Of a stretch of 64,000 nt of DNA, positions 41,864-55,083 are shown piece after piece. Source of the DNA: Eledone cirrhosa (Eukaryota). The DNA lies in NCBI GenBank assembly GCA_964016885.1, contig OZ024750.1:27466001-27530000 (forward strand), given 5' to 3'. Made by a program: the position numbers and the translations under genes. The notes under the pieces were generated by a model. The model did no database searches and was not told the origin of the DNA. It saw nothing but the letters and a program-made list of their open reading frames with translations. Position 1 is the first letter of the stretch. Every line of letters begins with the position of its first letter.

Positions 41864-42532
41864 TTAGTATATTTGGCAATATAATTATTCCCTCCCAGGA
41901 ATAAGTGGGCAGAGAAGAAGATATTTGTGAGGCATTGCATTTGTATCGAACAATTTCACAGAATCTTTATACAACTAATTCAGATTTTTTGCCACGAATA
42001 ATTCATGAAGAATATTCCATCTCTCAGAGAAGCATATAGAGACCAATGAAGGTATTTTGAAAAAATATAGTTTTATAATAATGTATGTATAGTATATTTA
42101 GCAATATACTGTATGTTTAATGAAAAAAACAATTAGAAGACCATTCGCTATGAGTTTTAAAGTAGTGACTATTTATTTCACTTACTTATTCTCGGCAAAA
42201 ACAATATCGCTACCAATACTAATACCTAATTTTTGCTGGACCGGCAATCGCTCTGTTTAATCAGCTCATGATTATTACTGGAATTCTATAATTCGGCAAA
42301 AGCAACTGAGTGTGTGGTCTTGATAAACGCCCACAAGCAAGAAACAGACTGCCTGTCTAAGGCCGCTCTCTGTTGTTTTTGTCGAGAATAAGTAAGTGAT
42401 AGAGTTACTACTTTAAAACTCATAGCGAATGGTCTTCTAAATGTTTTTAATTAAACATACAGTATATTGCCAAATATACTGTACATACATTCTTGTTAAA
42501 TTGTTCAATACAAATGCAATGCCTCACAGATA

Positions 42533-42835
42533 TCTTCTTGTCTGGCCACTTATTCCTTTGAGGGTCGTGGAGGAAGAGTCATCAAACACTCCCTCAAGTG
42601 GGTCCTGTCAGAAGCAACCATCTCCAACTGATCCGGCTGGATCCCCAAGAGTGACAAGTCAAGCTCATGGATGATATCCAACCATCTTGCTCGAGGTCTA
42701 CCCCTGGGTTTCCTACCTGTCGGTTTCGCCCGTAAAATCTGTCCAGCGATTCTTTCCTGAGACATTCTAACTACATGCCCATAGTAACGGAGCTGTGATC
42801 TCTCAATTCGAAGAAGTAGCAGCTCTACCTGGAGT
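42533..42835 (-). mobile_element. RTE LINE 3' fragment
   Basis: MSQERIAGQILRAKPTGRKPRGRPRARWLD, typical of the RTE C-terminus. Confidence 0.88.
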
Positions 42836-43289
42836 TACAGATTTCTATGTTAATTTATGGAATTTATCAAAGAATGTTGCTTGTTCTGGGTGTTTTCCCA
42901 TTAAATTCATGAACAGCGAATGTTTTTTTATGGAATAGACATGAGTATTGGTTTGAATGAGAGCAAATATTAACAGCATTAATTTTAATCTAATGTGGTT
43001 CAAAAATACCGGTTCCGCACTAGGGTCGATTTGCTCGACTTTTCCCTCTCCCCAAATTGTTGGTCTTGTGTCAATATTAGTAATATTAATTCTAAACTAA
43101 ACAAATTTCATCAAAATATGTCATCACCCAGGTTTTGTTTAGTGTTTCATTTACAGATACCATATGGAAAAAACAAATCTTCATAATTTTGATGTTCAAT
43201 AAATTCCATCATGTTTTAAATATTTATCTATGTCTGTTATCTAAGATTTCATAGCAAGCTTTATTTATAAAGATATGCAAAATGGTAAG

Positions 43290-43343
<54 letters not shown>

Positions 43344-43344
43344 T

Positions 43345-43424
<80 letters not shown>

Positions 43425-43425
43425 A

Positions 43426-43506
43426 CTGGAGCTAGTGGTAGCGACCATAAAGAGCCGAAACCACTGAGACCTCCAGCGGTCGACTGATGAGAAGAAACTG
43501 TGCTCT
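43426..43506 (+). ncRNA. Candidate non-circularly permuted hammerhead ribozyme
   Basis: AGTGGT-A-GCGACC..AGAGCC-GAAA-CCACT..GGTCGA-CTGATGA-G..GCTCT; strands occur in the order III'/I', II'/III, I/II. Confidence 0.5.
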
Positions 43507-43602
43507 GTTTCGTCCGTTTTTCTGTTGTCTTTACCGACCACTTTTTTTTTTCATTGTATGATCTTAGCCGTGCAGGGCATCTTTTCAAATTGACATATAT
43601 AT

Positions 43603-43668
<66 letters not shown>

Positions 43669-43819
43669 TCTTCTACACATCTCATACACACCACGCATCT
43701 CAACGTACACCCACTTACATCTCTCTCTCCACCACCGGATCTTGTTACCCGGTGATTTACCCATTTGCATTGTCGAGGCTTCCAAACGACTTAAAGATAT
43801 TTACATATATATATATATA

Positions 43820-43890
<71 letters not shown>

Positions 43891-43899
43891 CGATGAATT

Positions 43900-44284
43900 A
43901 ATTTTGCGAGGTTTTTGATATGAAATCGTGTGTCGAAACAAATATTGTTATACTTGGGGAGGGTCATATTTGTGTAATAATATTCCCAGAATTAATAACA
44001 GATCACACTCACTGTTTGGTTGGTTTTCGCTTCTGTGTCTTTTATATCGGTTAATTTAATTTATTCGGTCCTCAATGAAAGAACTTTGATAGACTATATA
44101 TATGTGTTTGTGTCTATATTGTATCTGTATTTTCGACTGTTGGTCAGTCAATGGTAACATTGAGGACCGAATAAATTAAATTAACCGATATAAAAGACAC
44201 AAAAGCGAAAACCAACCAAACAGTGAGTGTGGTCTGTTATTAATTCTGGGAATATTATTACACAAATATGACACTCCCCAAGTA

Positions 44285-44290
<6 letters not shown>
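43900..44290. repeat. TA-embedded fold-back insert with ~130-bp arms
   Basis: 43948-44076 is the reverse complement of 44158-44287; family fragments also at about 4487, 23688, 45005 and 45450. Confidence 0.85.
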
Positions 44291-44362
<72 letters not shown>

Positions 44363-44371
44363 TATATATAT

Positions 44372-44410
<39 letters not shown>

Positions 44411-44529
44411 ACAACAACATCTGCAGCGGCTATTGGTCATTCTTTCCCCACTATAGGATTATTTTACCTGCTTTTCTAAGTTGTATTCATAGGTATTTCC
44501 TGCGTTCGAGAATTTCTACATTTCTAAGC

Positions 44530-44560
<31 letters not shown>

Positions 44561-44640
44561 TGTGTGTGTGTGCGTGTGTGTGTGCGTATGTGTGTGTAAG
44601 AATAAGTGGGATGGGGTGGAGAGAAAAGAAAGATATTGAG

Positions 44641-44679
<39 letters not shown>

Positions 44680-44953
44680 ATGAGTGGCAGGTTCGCAATT
44701 GAATGATTGTTGAAATTGCTGTCATATTTTCCAGCGATATCCCATTATGTTGTGATAAAAGCTAGACTGGGCACAAGCAAAACAACAAAAGTCTAAGAAA
44801 AGCTACATAAGAGCCTTACTGAATTATGTTAGTGTGTTTGAAGTTAACACATGTTATTCGGGGTTTAGGATCTGCCGTAAATCGCCGTTCCTGTATTGTC
44901 CTTCATACAAAATATTCTCGTATTGTTCATCACATTCCACTTATCTTTTCCAT

Positions 44954-45007
<54 letters not shown>

Positions 45008-45098
45008 GGAGGGTCATATAAAAAACCTCGCAAAACAAATATATATATATATAACTTGTTCAATCTCTCAGCTATGAAAAGAAAGTAAGCCCTAGAAA

Positions 45099-45175
<77 letters not shown>

Positions 45176-45302
45176 ATATAGATGTGTGTGTGTGTGTGTA
45201 TATATATATAAATATATATACGTATATATATATGTATATATATATATATATAATTCTATATATATATATATATGTAATTATATATATATACATGTATATG
45301 AT

Positions 45303-45383
<81 letters not shown>

Positions 45384-45549
45384 ATATATATATCTTCTTC
45401 TCTGTGTCTACTCTTCTTTTTATTCGGTTTATTCCGTTTACTCCACCATGGCGAATTTGGTAAAAATCGCCATCCCGGAATATAACAATATTTGTTTCAA
45501 TACACGTTTTCACATCAAGAACCTTGAAAATCAAACATATAAACGTAAT

Positions 45550-45710
45550 AATTGTTTCTACTTTTGGCACAAGGCCAGCAATTATCCCAGTGTATTACTG
45601 GTACTTTATTTTATCGACCCCCTAAGGATGAAAGGCAAAGTTAACCTCGACGGGATTTGAACTCAGTCCGTAAAGGGATGGAATTGTGCTGCAAAGCATG
45701 GCGTCCGACG
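45550..45710 (-). mobile_element. SINE S1
   Basis: S1 core and B-box. Confidence 0.88.
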
Positions 45711-45975
45711 GAATTTCTCTATTTAATTATTTAATTTTACTACTTAGTTAATGTTGGTATGGTTGTCGTTCGTTGGACTAATGTCCTCATGGTCTATATT
45801 CTTTGTATCCCCATGGAAAATATCCGGGTTGTGATTAACAGTTTTGATACCCAACTTTCTGAAATATCCCCTGATTCTATGACAAAAGTTTCGTATTATA
45901 AAGGTTTTATATTTCTGTAAGAATCTTGATTCATTTGTAACAATGTCTGTTGGGAAAAGACACATTAGACGTTTC

Positions 45976-48668
45976 AAATAGACTATTACTGCGGGAAAGA
46001 GTCACATTAGCTATTCAAAATAGATAATTACTGCGGGGAAGAGTCACATTAGCTATTCAAAATAGATAATTACTGCGGGAAAGAGTCACATTAGCTATTC
46101 AAAATAGATAATTACTGCGGGGAAGAGTCACATTAGCCATTCAAAATAGATAATTACTGCGGGGAAGAGTCACATTAGCCATTCAAAATAGATAATTACT
46201 GCGGGAAAGAGTCACATTAGCTATTCAAAATAGATAATTACTGCGGGGAAGAGTCACATTAGCCATTCAAAATAGATAATTGCTGCGGGGAAGAGTCACA
46301 TTAGCTATTCAAAATAGATAATTACTGCGGGAAAGAGTCACATTAGCTATTCAAAATAGATAATTACTGCGGGGAAGAGTCACATTAGCCATTCAAAATA
46401 GATAATTACTGCGGGGAAGAGTCACATTAGCCATTCAAAATAGATAATTACTGCGGGAAAGAGTCACATTAGCTATTCAAAATAGATAATTACTGCGGGG
46501 AAGAGTCACATTAGCCATTCAAAATAGATAATTACTGCGGGGAAGAGTCACATTAGCTATTCAAAATAGATAATTACTGCGGGAAAGAGTCACATTAGCT
46601 ATTCAAAATAGATAATTACTGCGGGGAAGAGTCACATTAGCCATTCAAAATAGATAATTACTGCGGGGAAGAGTCACATTAGCCATTCAAAATAGATAAT
46701 TACTGCGGGAAATAGTCACATTAGCTATTCAAAATAGATAATTACTGCGGGGAAGAGTCACATTAGCCATTCAAAATAGATAATTACTCCGGGGAAGAGT
46801 CACATTAGCCATTCAAAATAGATAATTACTCCGGGGAAGAGTCACATTAGCCATTCAAAATAGATAATTACTGCGGGAAAGAGTCACATTAGCCATTCAA
46901 AATAGATAATTACGGCGGGGAAGAGTCACATTAGCTATTCAAAATAGATAATTACTGCGGGGAAGAGTCACATTAGCCATTCAAAATAGATAATTACTGC
47001 GGGGAAGAGTCACATTAGCCATTCAAAATAGATAATTACTGCGGGGAAGAGTCACATTAGCCATTCAAAATAGATAATTACTGCGGGGAAGAGTCACATT
47101 AGCTATTCAAAATAGATAATTAATGCGGGGAAGAGTCACATTAGCCATTCAAAATAAATAATTACTGCGGGGGAGAGTCACATTAGCCATTCAAAATAGA
47201 TAATTACTGCGGGGAAGAGTCACATTAGCCATTCAAAATAGATAATTACTGCGGGGAAGAGTCACATTAGCCATTCAAAATAGATAATTACTGCGGGGAA
47301 GAGTCACATTAGCCATTCAAAATAGATAATTACTGCGGGGAAGAATCACATTAGCTATTCAAAATAAATAATTACTGCGGGAGAGAGTCACATTAGCCAT
47401 TCAAAATAGATAATTACTGCGGGGAAGAGTCACATTAGCCATTCAAAATAAATAATTAATACGGGGAAGAGTCACATTAGCCATTCAAAATAGATAATTA
47501 CTGCGGGGAAGAGTCACATTAGCTATTCAAAATAGATAATTACTGCGGGGAAGAGTCACATTAGCTATCCAAAATAGATAATTACTGCGGGGAAGAGTCA
47601 CATTAGCTATCCAAAATAGATAATTACTGCGGGGAAGAGTCACATTAGCTATTCAAAATAGATAATTACTGCGGGGAAGAGTCACATTAGCCATTCAAAA
47701 TAAATAATTAATACGGGGAAGAGTCACATTAGCCATTCAAAATAGATAATTACTGCGGGGAAGAGTCACATTAGCTATTCAAAATAGATAATTACTGCGG
47801 GGAAGAGTCACATTAGCCATTCAAAATAGATAATTACTGCGGGGAAGAGTCACATTAGCCATTCAAAATAGATAATTACTGCGGGGAAGAGTCACATTAG
47901 CTATTCAAAATAGATAATTACTGCGGGGAAGAGTCACATTAGCTATTCAAAATAGATAATTACTGCGGGGAAGAGTCACATTAGCCATTCAAAATAGATA
48001 ATTACTGCGGGGAAGAGTCACATTAGCCATTCAAAATAGATAATTACTGCGGGGAAGAGTCACATTAGCCATTCAAAATAGATAATTACTGCGGGGAAGA
48101 GTCACATTAGCCATTCAAAATAGATAATTACTGCGGGAAAGAGTCACATTAGCTATTCAAAATAGATAATTACTGCGGGGAAGAGTCACATTAGCCATTC
48201 AAAATAGATAATTACTCCGGGGAAGAGTCACATTAGCCATTCAAAATAGATAATTACTCCGGGGAAGAGTCACATTAGCCATTCAAAATAGATAATTACT
48301 GCGGGGAAGAGTCACATTAGCCATTCAAAATAGATAATTACTGCGGGGAAGAGTCACATTAGCCATTCAAAATAGATAATTACGGCGGGGAAGAGTCACA
48401 TTAGCCATTCAAAATAGATAATTACTCCGGGGAAGAGTCACATTAGCCATTCAAAATAGATAATTACTGCGGGGAAGAGTCACATTAGCCATTCAAAATA
48501 GATAATTAATACGGGGAAGAGTCACATTAGCCATTCAAAATAGATAATTACTGCGGGGAAGAGTCACATTAGCCATTCAAAATAGATAATTACTGCGGGG
48601 AAGAGTCACATTAGCCATTCAAAATAGATAATTACTGCGGGGAAGTCATATTAGTCAGTTAAAATAGA
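45976..48668. repeat. 42-bp satellite, about 64 copies
   Basis: Unit AAAATAGATAATTACTGCGGGGAAGAGTCACATTAGCCATTC; phase is constant every 420 bp, so there are no net indels. Confidence 0.97.
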
Positions 48669-48919
48669 TCAAATTTGTTATGCATTCGTCGGTATTTCCG
48701 AAGGAAATACCAGAGGATTTAGAATTATTTTAGATTTTATTTCTAAGGCTCATCACTCTTCCTTCCCTCCTCCCCCTCTCTCTCTCTCTCTCTCTATTTC
48801 TATCTATCTATCTATTTATCTATATATCTCTGTATAAATTCATATAAATACACATTATCACACACACATATACACAAGCACACACACTCACCAGCAGAGA
48901 CGCACACACACAAACACAC

Positions 48920-48952
<33 letters not shown>

Positions 48953-49081
48953 AAGACACACATTTCACACACACACACGTATACATACATACATATTTCC
49001 ATCATATAAGTGACAATGACTTTGATAAGAACATTTTTGCAACAACGGTGATGATATTGCTTGACAGGCAGGTTGGCCTCA

Positions 49082-50154
49082 TGGTGGTGGTTGTTGTGTT
49101 GGTAGCTGGTGGTGGGTGTTGTGTTGGTGGTGGTGGTGGTCTTGGTGGTGGTGGTGGTGGCTGGTGGTGGTTGTAGCGGTGGTGGTGGTGGCTGGTGGTG
49201 GTGGTGGTGGTGGTGGTGGTGGTGGTGGTGGTGGTGGTGGTGGTGGTGGTGGTGGTGGTAGTGAGTGGTGGTGGTGGTGGTAGTGAGTGGTGGTGGTGGT
49301 GGCTGGTGGTGGTTGTTGTGTTGGTAGCTGGTGGTGGGTGTTGTGTTGGTGGTGGTGGTGGTCTTGGTGGTGGTGGTGGTGGCTGGTGGTGGTTGTAGCG
49401 GTGGTGGTGGTGGTGGCTGGTGGTGGTGGTGGTGGTGCTGGTGGTGGTGGTGGTGGCGGTGGATGTGGCGGTGGCGGTGGTGGTGGTGGTGGTGGTGGTG
49501 GCGGTGGTGGTGGTGGTGGTGATGGTGGTGGTGGTGGTGGTGGTGGTGGTTGTCGTGTTGTTGTTGGTGGTGGTGTTGGTGGTTGTGTTGGTGGTGGTGG
49601 TGGTGGTGGTGGTGGTGGGGTGGTTGTGTTGGTGGTGGTGAAGTAGTTGTGTTGGTGTTGGTGGTGAAGGTAGTGGTGGTGGTGGTGGTTGTGGTGATTG
49701 TGTTTGTGGTGGGGTGGTTGTGTTGGTTGTTTAGGTGGTGGTGGTGGCGGTGATGTTGGTGGTGGTGGTTGTGATGGTGGTGGTGTGGTGTTGGTGGTAG
49801 GGTAGTTGTGTTGGTGGTGATGTTGGTGGTGTTGTTGGTGGTGGTGTTGGTGGTGGTGTTGGTGGTTGTGTTGGTGGTTGTGTTGGTGTTGGTGCTTGTG
49901 TTGGTTGTGTTGGTGGTGGGGTAGTTGTGTTGGTGGTGTTAGTGGTGTTGGTGGTGATGTTGGTGGTGGTGTTGGTGGTTGTGTTGGTGGTGGTGGTTGT
50001 GTTGTTGGTGGTGGTGGTGGTGGTGGTGGTTGTTGTGTTGTTGGTGCTGGTTATGTTGGTCGTGGTGGTGGTTGTGTTGGTTGTGTTGATGGTTGTGTTG
50101 TTGTTGTTGGTGGTGGTGGTGGTGGTGGTGTTGGTGGTTGTGGTGGTGATGGTG
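49082..50154. repeat. (GGT/GTT)n triplet low-complexity tract
   Basis: Direct reading; internal duplication at about 49085-49195 / 49307-49420. Confidence 0.95.
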
Positions 50155-50551
50155 ACTCCGACATGAGTCAGGTATTCAACTGGAGAATTTCAAGTAGTAA
50201 ATGAACACTTAAAATATAAGTACACACAGACACACATATATATATACATATATATATATATACATATATGTGTGTGTGTGTGTATTTATCTGAGCATGGG
50301 TAACTGTTTGTGTGTGGATATGTGTGTATGTGTATGTTGGTTTTGGAAGGTATGGTGGAAGGCGAGGGAATATTACTCGAAATATGAAGAGTTGACATTA
50401 AGGGTCATCTTAACAAATAGAAACTGTTCTTCTTTCCTCTTATCAGAGATATCTCGGCTTATCGAGATTGGAATAAGGTGATCTATGATGATTCACTAAC
50501 AAACAGAGCCACTACAGCGTATATGTATGTGTGTGTTTCTCTGCGTATATA

Positions 50552-50627
<76 letters not shown>

Positions 50628-50905
50628 TTATCTGTAAATAAACTTTAATGAATTGATATCTAAATAGTTGTCAATATTTACGGCAGAATCCGTGGAACGC
50701 CGGACAACATGCTTTATAGCATAGTTACGGGTCTTTATTATCTAAGTTAAAATCCTTCCGAGGTTAGCTTTGCCTTTCATCCTTGCGGGGTCGATAAAAT
50801 AAAGTACTAGTAACTCACTGGAGACGCTTTAATCCGCTTACCTTTCCCCCAAAATGGTTAGCCTTGTGCCTAAATCAGAAACCAATATTTACTGTTTTTG
50901 AATTA

Positions 50906-51088
50906 CAGACCTGTCAACGGGGACATCTCCCACCCACTTTGGGGTGGGTGAGAGATGTCTTGTCTTCTGAAAATGGGTATAGCTTTCATTATGTAAAATC
51001 TCACAATTTTGCCTCATTTTTCCCCGTTTTGGGGCACTTTTTTATATATGGTATTCCCCGTTTAGGTTTTTAGAAGTTGGCAGGTCTG
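50906..51088. mobile_element. hAT-like (Tip100-type) MITE
   Basis: TIRs CAGACCTGTCAAC / GTTGGCAGGTCTG; no clear TSD. Confidence 0.6.
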
Positions 51089-51872
51089 GGCTTTGGATTC
51101 TCGCCGAGAGTAAAATATATTACTTCATTCTATTAACTATGTCATGTCAGTCATATCCACACATGCTCAAGCAAAATTCAAAGCGTGAAGCTTGTCGTAT
51201 TAATAACTCTGCAATGAACACCGTGTCTCATGTTGGAAAGCTGCGTCTAGATATAAAACAAGTGCATCATGCTGAGCTTGATGTAATCTTCCATAATCGA
51301 CATTCCATATTCGGTTGAACAATATGGCGTGTTATCTATAACTTTATCTGACTCATAAATTCAGACAAAAGGCACCGAACAATGATATATTGTGTACAAC
51401 ATGAAACAATAGCTGCCATTCGAAATAAAATGTAATTATTCTGCATGGATTATTTATAATTTATATCAGCTCAATTGGCACTGGAACAACTATATTGAAG
51501 TTTAGGACACTCATGGTAGAAAATATAAGGATTTCTAATAGACCTGTCGTTTCTCACGGTACTGTGTTACACAGATACACAACATCCAATTATAAACAAT
51601 AGCATAGATCAGTGGTTCGCAACCTTTTGGGTTCCATGCACACCTTCTCAACATCTCAAACATTTGATATAAAAACAACGATGATCAACTACAGAGTGTA
51701 AACAAATTGGCGTATGGATGATGCTAGATGCACAATAACATGTGTAGAGGAGGTGAGACAGGAGTTTTCGACGATAATTTGTTCCAAATTTGCCTTGGTG
51801 TAAAAGTAATAGGGCAAAATCTGAAGTTAGCTCTCATTAACACCATTTTTAAATTGCCCGACAGAAGTATAT

Positions 51873-52050
51873 AATTATTTCTACGTTTGGCACAAGGCCA
51901 GCAATTACCAGTATATTACTGGTACATTATTTTATCGACCCCGTAAGGATGAAAGGCAAAGTTAACCTCGGCGGGATCTGCACTCAGAATGGAAAGGGCC
52001 GTAACTCTTTGCGTCAAAACATGGCGTCCGACCCTCTACCGATACTGCCA
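51873..52050 (-). mobile_element. SINE S1, TSD GAC(A/G)GAAGTATATAAT
   Basis: Core, boxes and duplicated flank. Confidence 0.9.
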
Positions 52051-52898
52051 GACGGAAGTATATAATGATTTCTTTATTTAATAATAATGATTTCTTTATA
52101 ATGAAATGAAATTGTATATTAATAAGATATGGAAAAAAGTAACATGCTTTACATACATATAAATGGAGAAAAGTTCACATTTTTGCTATATATATATGGA
52201 TGTAAACCATGTTATTTTTTTCCATATTCTTATTAATATACAATTTTATTTCATTATACACTTCCGTCGCATGAAGAATCCCATAGGCTGAAACCGGTAC
52301 GAAAATACAGTAAATCCTTTTTTGTAAATAATTGTTTTGCTTTTGTTCTATGAGAAAATCCCTTTAACATTTTCTACTGTTTTTTTCTTTTTTACTATTA
52401 TATATATACATATGAACATCATATATATATTCATATGAACATCATATATATATTCATAGGAACATCATATATATATATATATGCTTATAAACTGCTTCAC
52501 CAGAAATAACAAAAATCAAAAACATCATGTGTTTCAGTGGAGAAAGTTTTGAAGAAAAAATGCTAAATTAATTACGACTGAATTACTAAGACATTTCTAA
52601 ATGGCTGAATGAGATTGAAAGCCGTATTAAATGATTGAATATTAGATTACGTGATCTTGATTATATCTTCACACCAACACACAATGATAAACATTTAGAT
52701 ACACACCCAAATATCTAACATTTTAAATATGTAATTAGTAACCAGTCATGCAAACCAAATAACCACTTCTACACACACACACACACACACACAAACACGC
52801 ATACACACACACTCAGACAAAAATCATACACATGATTATGAAAAAATCAGCATTAATATTATCAATCTTCTCTGCTGATACTACCAAACTACCACATA

Positions 52899-53082
52899 TA
52901 ATTGTTTCTACATTTGGCACAAGGCCAGCAATTACCTAGTGCATTACTGGTACTTTATTTTATCGACCCCGTAAGGATGAAAGGCAAAGTTACCCTTGGC
53001 GGGATTTGAACTCAGACCATAAAGGGCCGTAACTCTTTACTGCAAATCATGGCGTCCGACCCTCTACCTATACCGCCAATTC
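52899..53082 (-). mobile_element. SINE S1
   Basis: Core and boxes. Confidence 0.9.
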
Positions 53083-53526
53083 AAGCAGCCATCACTGCTT
53101 AAGCAGTCGTACTGAGAATAATAAAATATCAAGGAAAACAATGTTCAAACTATTGCAAGAGAGCTTATTTAGTATAAATAAAGTTTCATACATATGTTGA
53201 GTGTATGAAATTTTATTTATACTAAATCTATCTATCTATCTATTTATCTATTTGTCTGTTTGTCTATCTGTCTGTCTGTCTGTCTCCGATATCTATTTTA
53301 GGCTCCTGTTCAATATAATTGATCGAAAACATGGTTTTTGAATTGAAATTTGAAGGAAACTTGGAAAGCAAATGAATGAATGAATGAAAGAAAGAAATGA
53401 AGTAAACAAGCGAGCTAGAAAGAAAGATATAAAGATATAAAGAATGGAAAGGAAGGAAGGAAAGGAAAAGGGAAAGACTGGAAAGTCTAGACTGTTGACA
53501 CGTGTCCACTTGCATCCCTTCACCTG

Positions 53527-53586
<60 letters not shown>

Positions 53587-53627
53587 CGAAACATAAGTCA
53601 ATTGCATGAACTCATAATCCTTTATTT

Positions 53628-53683
53628 ACTGCTATATATATTTCGATGATAGCCATTGAATGGCTATGACCTCATCAGGCAGT
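53628..53683 (-). ncRNA. Type I minimal hammerhead ribozyme
   Basis: Minus strand ACTGC-CTGATGA-GGTCATAGCCAT-TCA-ATGGCTATCATC-GAA-ATATATAT-A-GCAGT; 5-bp stem I, 11 of 12 positions paired in stem II, palindromic stem III. Confidence 0.85.
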
Positions 53684-53742
53684 TAGTCAGTTCTTAGATA
53701 TGCCGGCTCTGTGTGTATAGTGTTGATGGTATCAGAGCCTTG

Positions 53743-53963
<221 letters not shown>

Positions 53964-54219
53964 ATATATATATATATATATATATATTCATACATACATA
54001 CATACAAATATATATATATGTCTATATATACTCAATATACTCATAATAAGCATATGCCACCACTTGAGTTAATCTAAAAATCATCATGTTTATCAACATC
54101 ATCACCATCACCAACGACATCATTGCTGTTATTCTCATCATCATAAACAGAATATAAAAAAAGAAACAATAAAGACTAATGTTAATTATTATAAGCTCAC
54201 ATTTTTTTGTTATCGGAGC

Positions 54220-54470
54220 GGAGTTGGCTGTCCACAAGGTGGAGTGGCGTCTCCCTGGAGGAGAAGGGGCAATAAATACTCCAGCCTGTTAACCGGGACG
54301 TAGAGGTTGAGTGGCTGTTCCAGCACGTCTCCCTCGCCGTCTTCCGAGGTAATATATTCTCTATCCTGTCGGTCGGGACCCAGAGGCTGTGTGGCTTTTC
54401 CAGCACGTCTCGCTCACCGTCCTCCGGGGCATTATATTCTCTATCCTGTCGGTCGGGGCCTAGAGGCTGA
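54220..54470. repeat. GC-rich 80-bp tandem repeat (2 close copies plus 1 diverged)
   Basis: GTGGCT.TTCCAGCACGTCTC at 54311 and 54391. Confidence 0.8.
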
Positions 54471-54531
54471 GGATAAGATAGCTGGAGGTGGAGGATACTC
54501 ATTTGGACGTCAGATAACCATTATTATCATT

Positions 54532-54709
54532 TTGGCAGTATCGGTAGAGGGTTGGACGCCATGCTTTCTAGCATAGTTACGTCCCTTTACGGTCTGAGTT
54601 CAAATCCCGTCGAGGTTAACTTTGCCTTTCATCCTTACGGGGTCGATGAAATAAAGTACCAGTAATGTATTGGGTAATTGCTGGCCTTGTGCCAAACGTA
54701 GAAACAATT
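54532..54709 (+). mobile_element. SINE S1
   Basis: Core and boxes. Confidence 0.9.
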
Positions 54710-54906
54710 ATTATCATTATTATAATATCTCCACATTTCCCCATCTAATAAGTTAAATATATATACTTTGTAAAAATAGAGAATGAAATAATATTTAAAT
54801 GGAAAAAAAAGGAAAGGGGAAATAAGAAAAAGAAATAAGAGGATGAAATAGAGAAGGAAAGGGGGAGGGGGAAGGACAGATTCTGCACTCCAGTTTGAGT
54901 AGGGAT

Positions 54907-55083
54907 TCAGGCGTGTCCCGGAAACAGAATGGCGATAGCATTGCTACAGAGAAGGGTCAGCGAAACCCGCTTCAAGAGCCACAAAGCGTCACGTGGCTCC
55001 TTTCTCAGGTGGACTGCTGTTTTTCCGATTTTGCAGAGGAAATCATCAGTGCAGGGACCAAAGACACCAGAGGTCTCGACTAA
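54907..55083 (-). mobile_element. CRE-clade non-LTR retrotransposon C-terminal fragment (end of restriction-like endonuclease)
   Basis: VETSGVFGPCTDDFLCKIGKTAVHLRKEPRDALWLLKRVSLTLLCSNAIAIL matches the CRE pattern VET.G..G......L..IG.......PR....L..R.S......NA...L. Confidence 0.7.

Noticed and set aside
45976-48668. CRISPR array or C2H2 zinc-finger array
   Set aside because: No unique spacers or cas genes; the unit has one Cys and a stop in every frame, so it does not match the 28-aa zinc-finger repeat.
49195-50204. Poly-Gly/Val/Trp ORFs, and poly-Ser/Thr ORFs at 40165-41178
   Set aside because: Triplet low-complexity DNA open in several frames; the 40-41 kb tract is interrupted by a SINE and there is no splice or start context.
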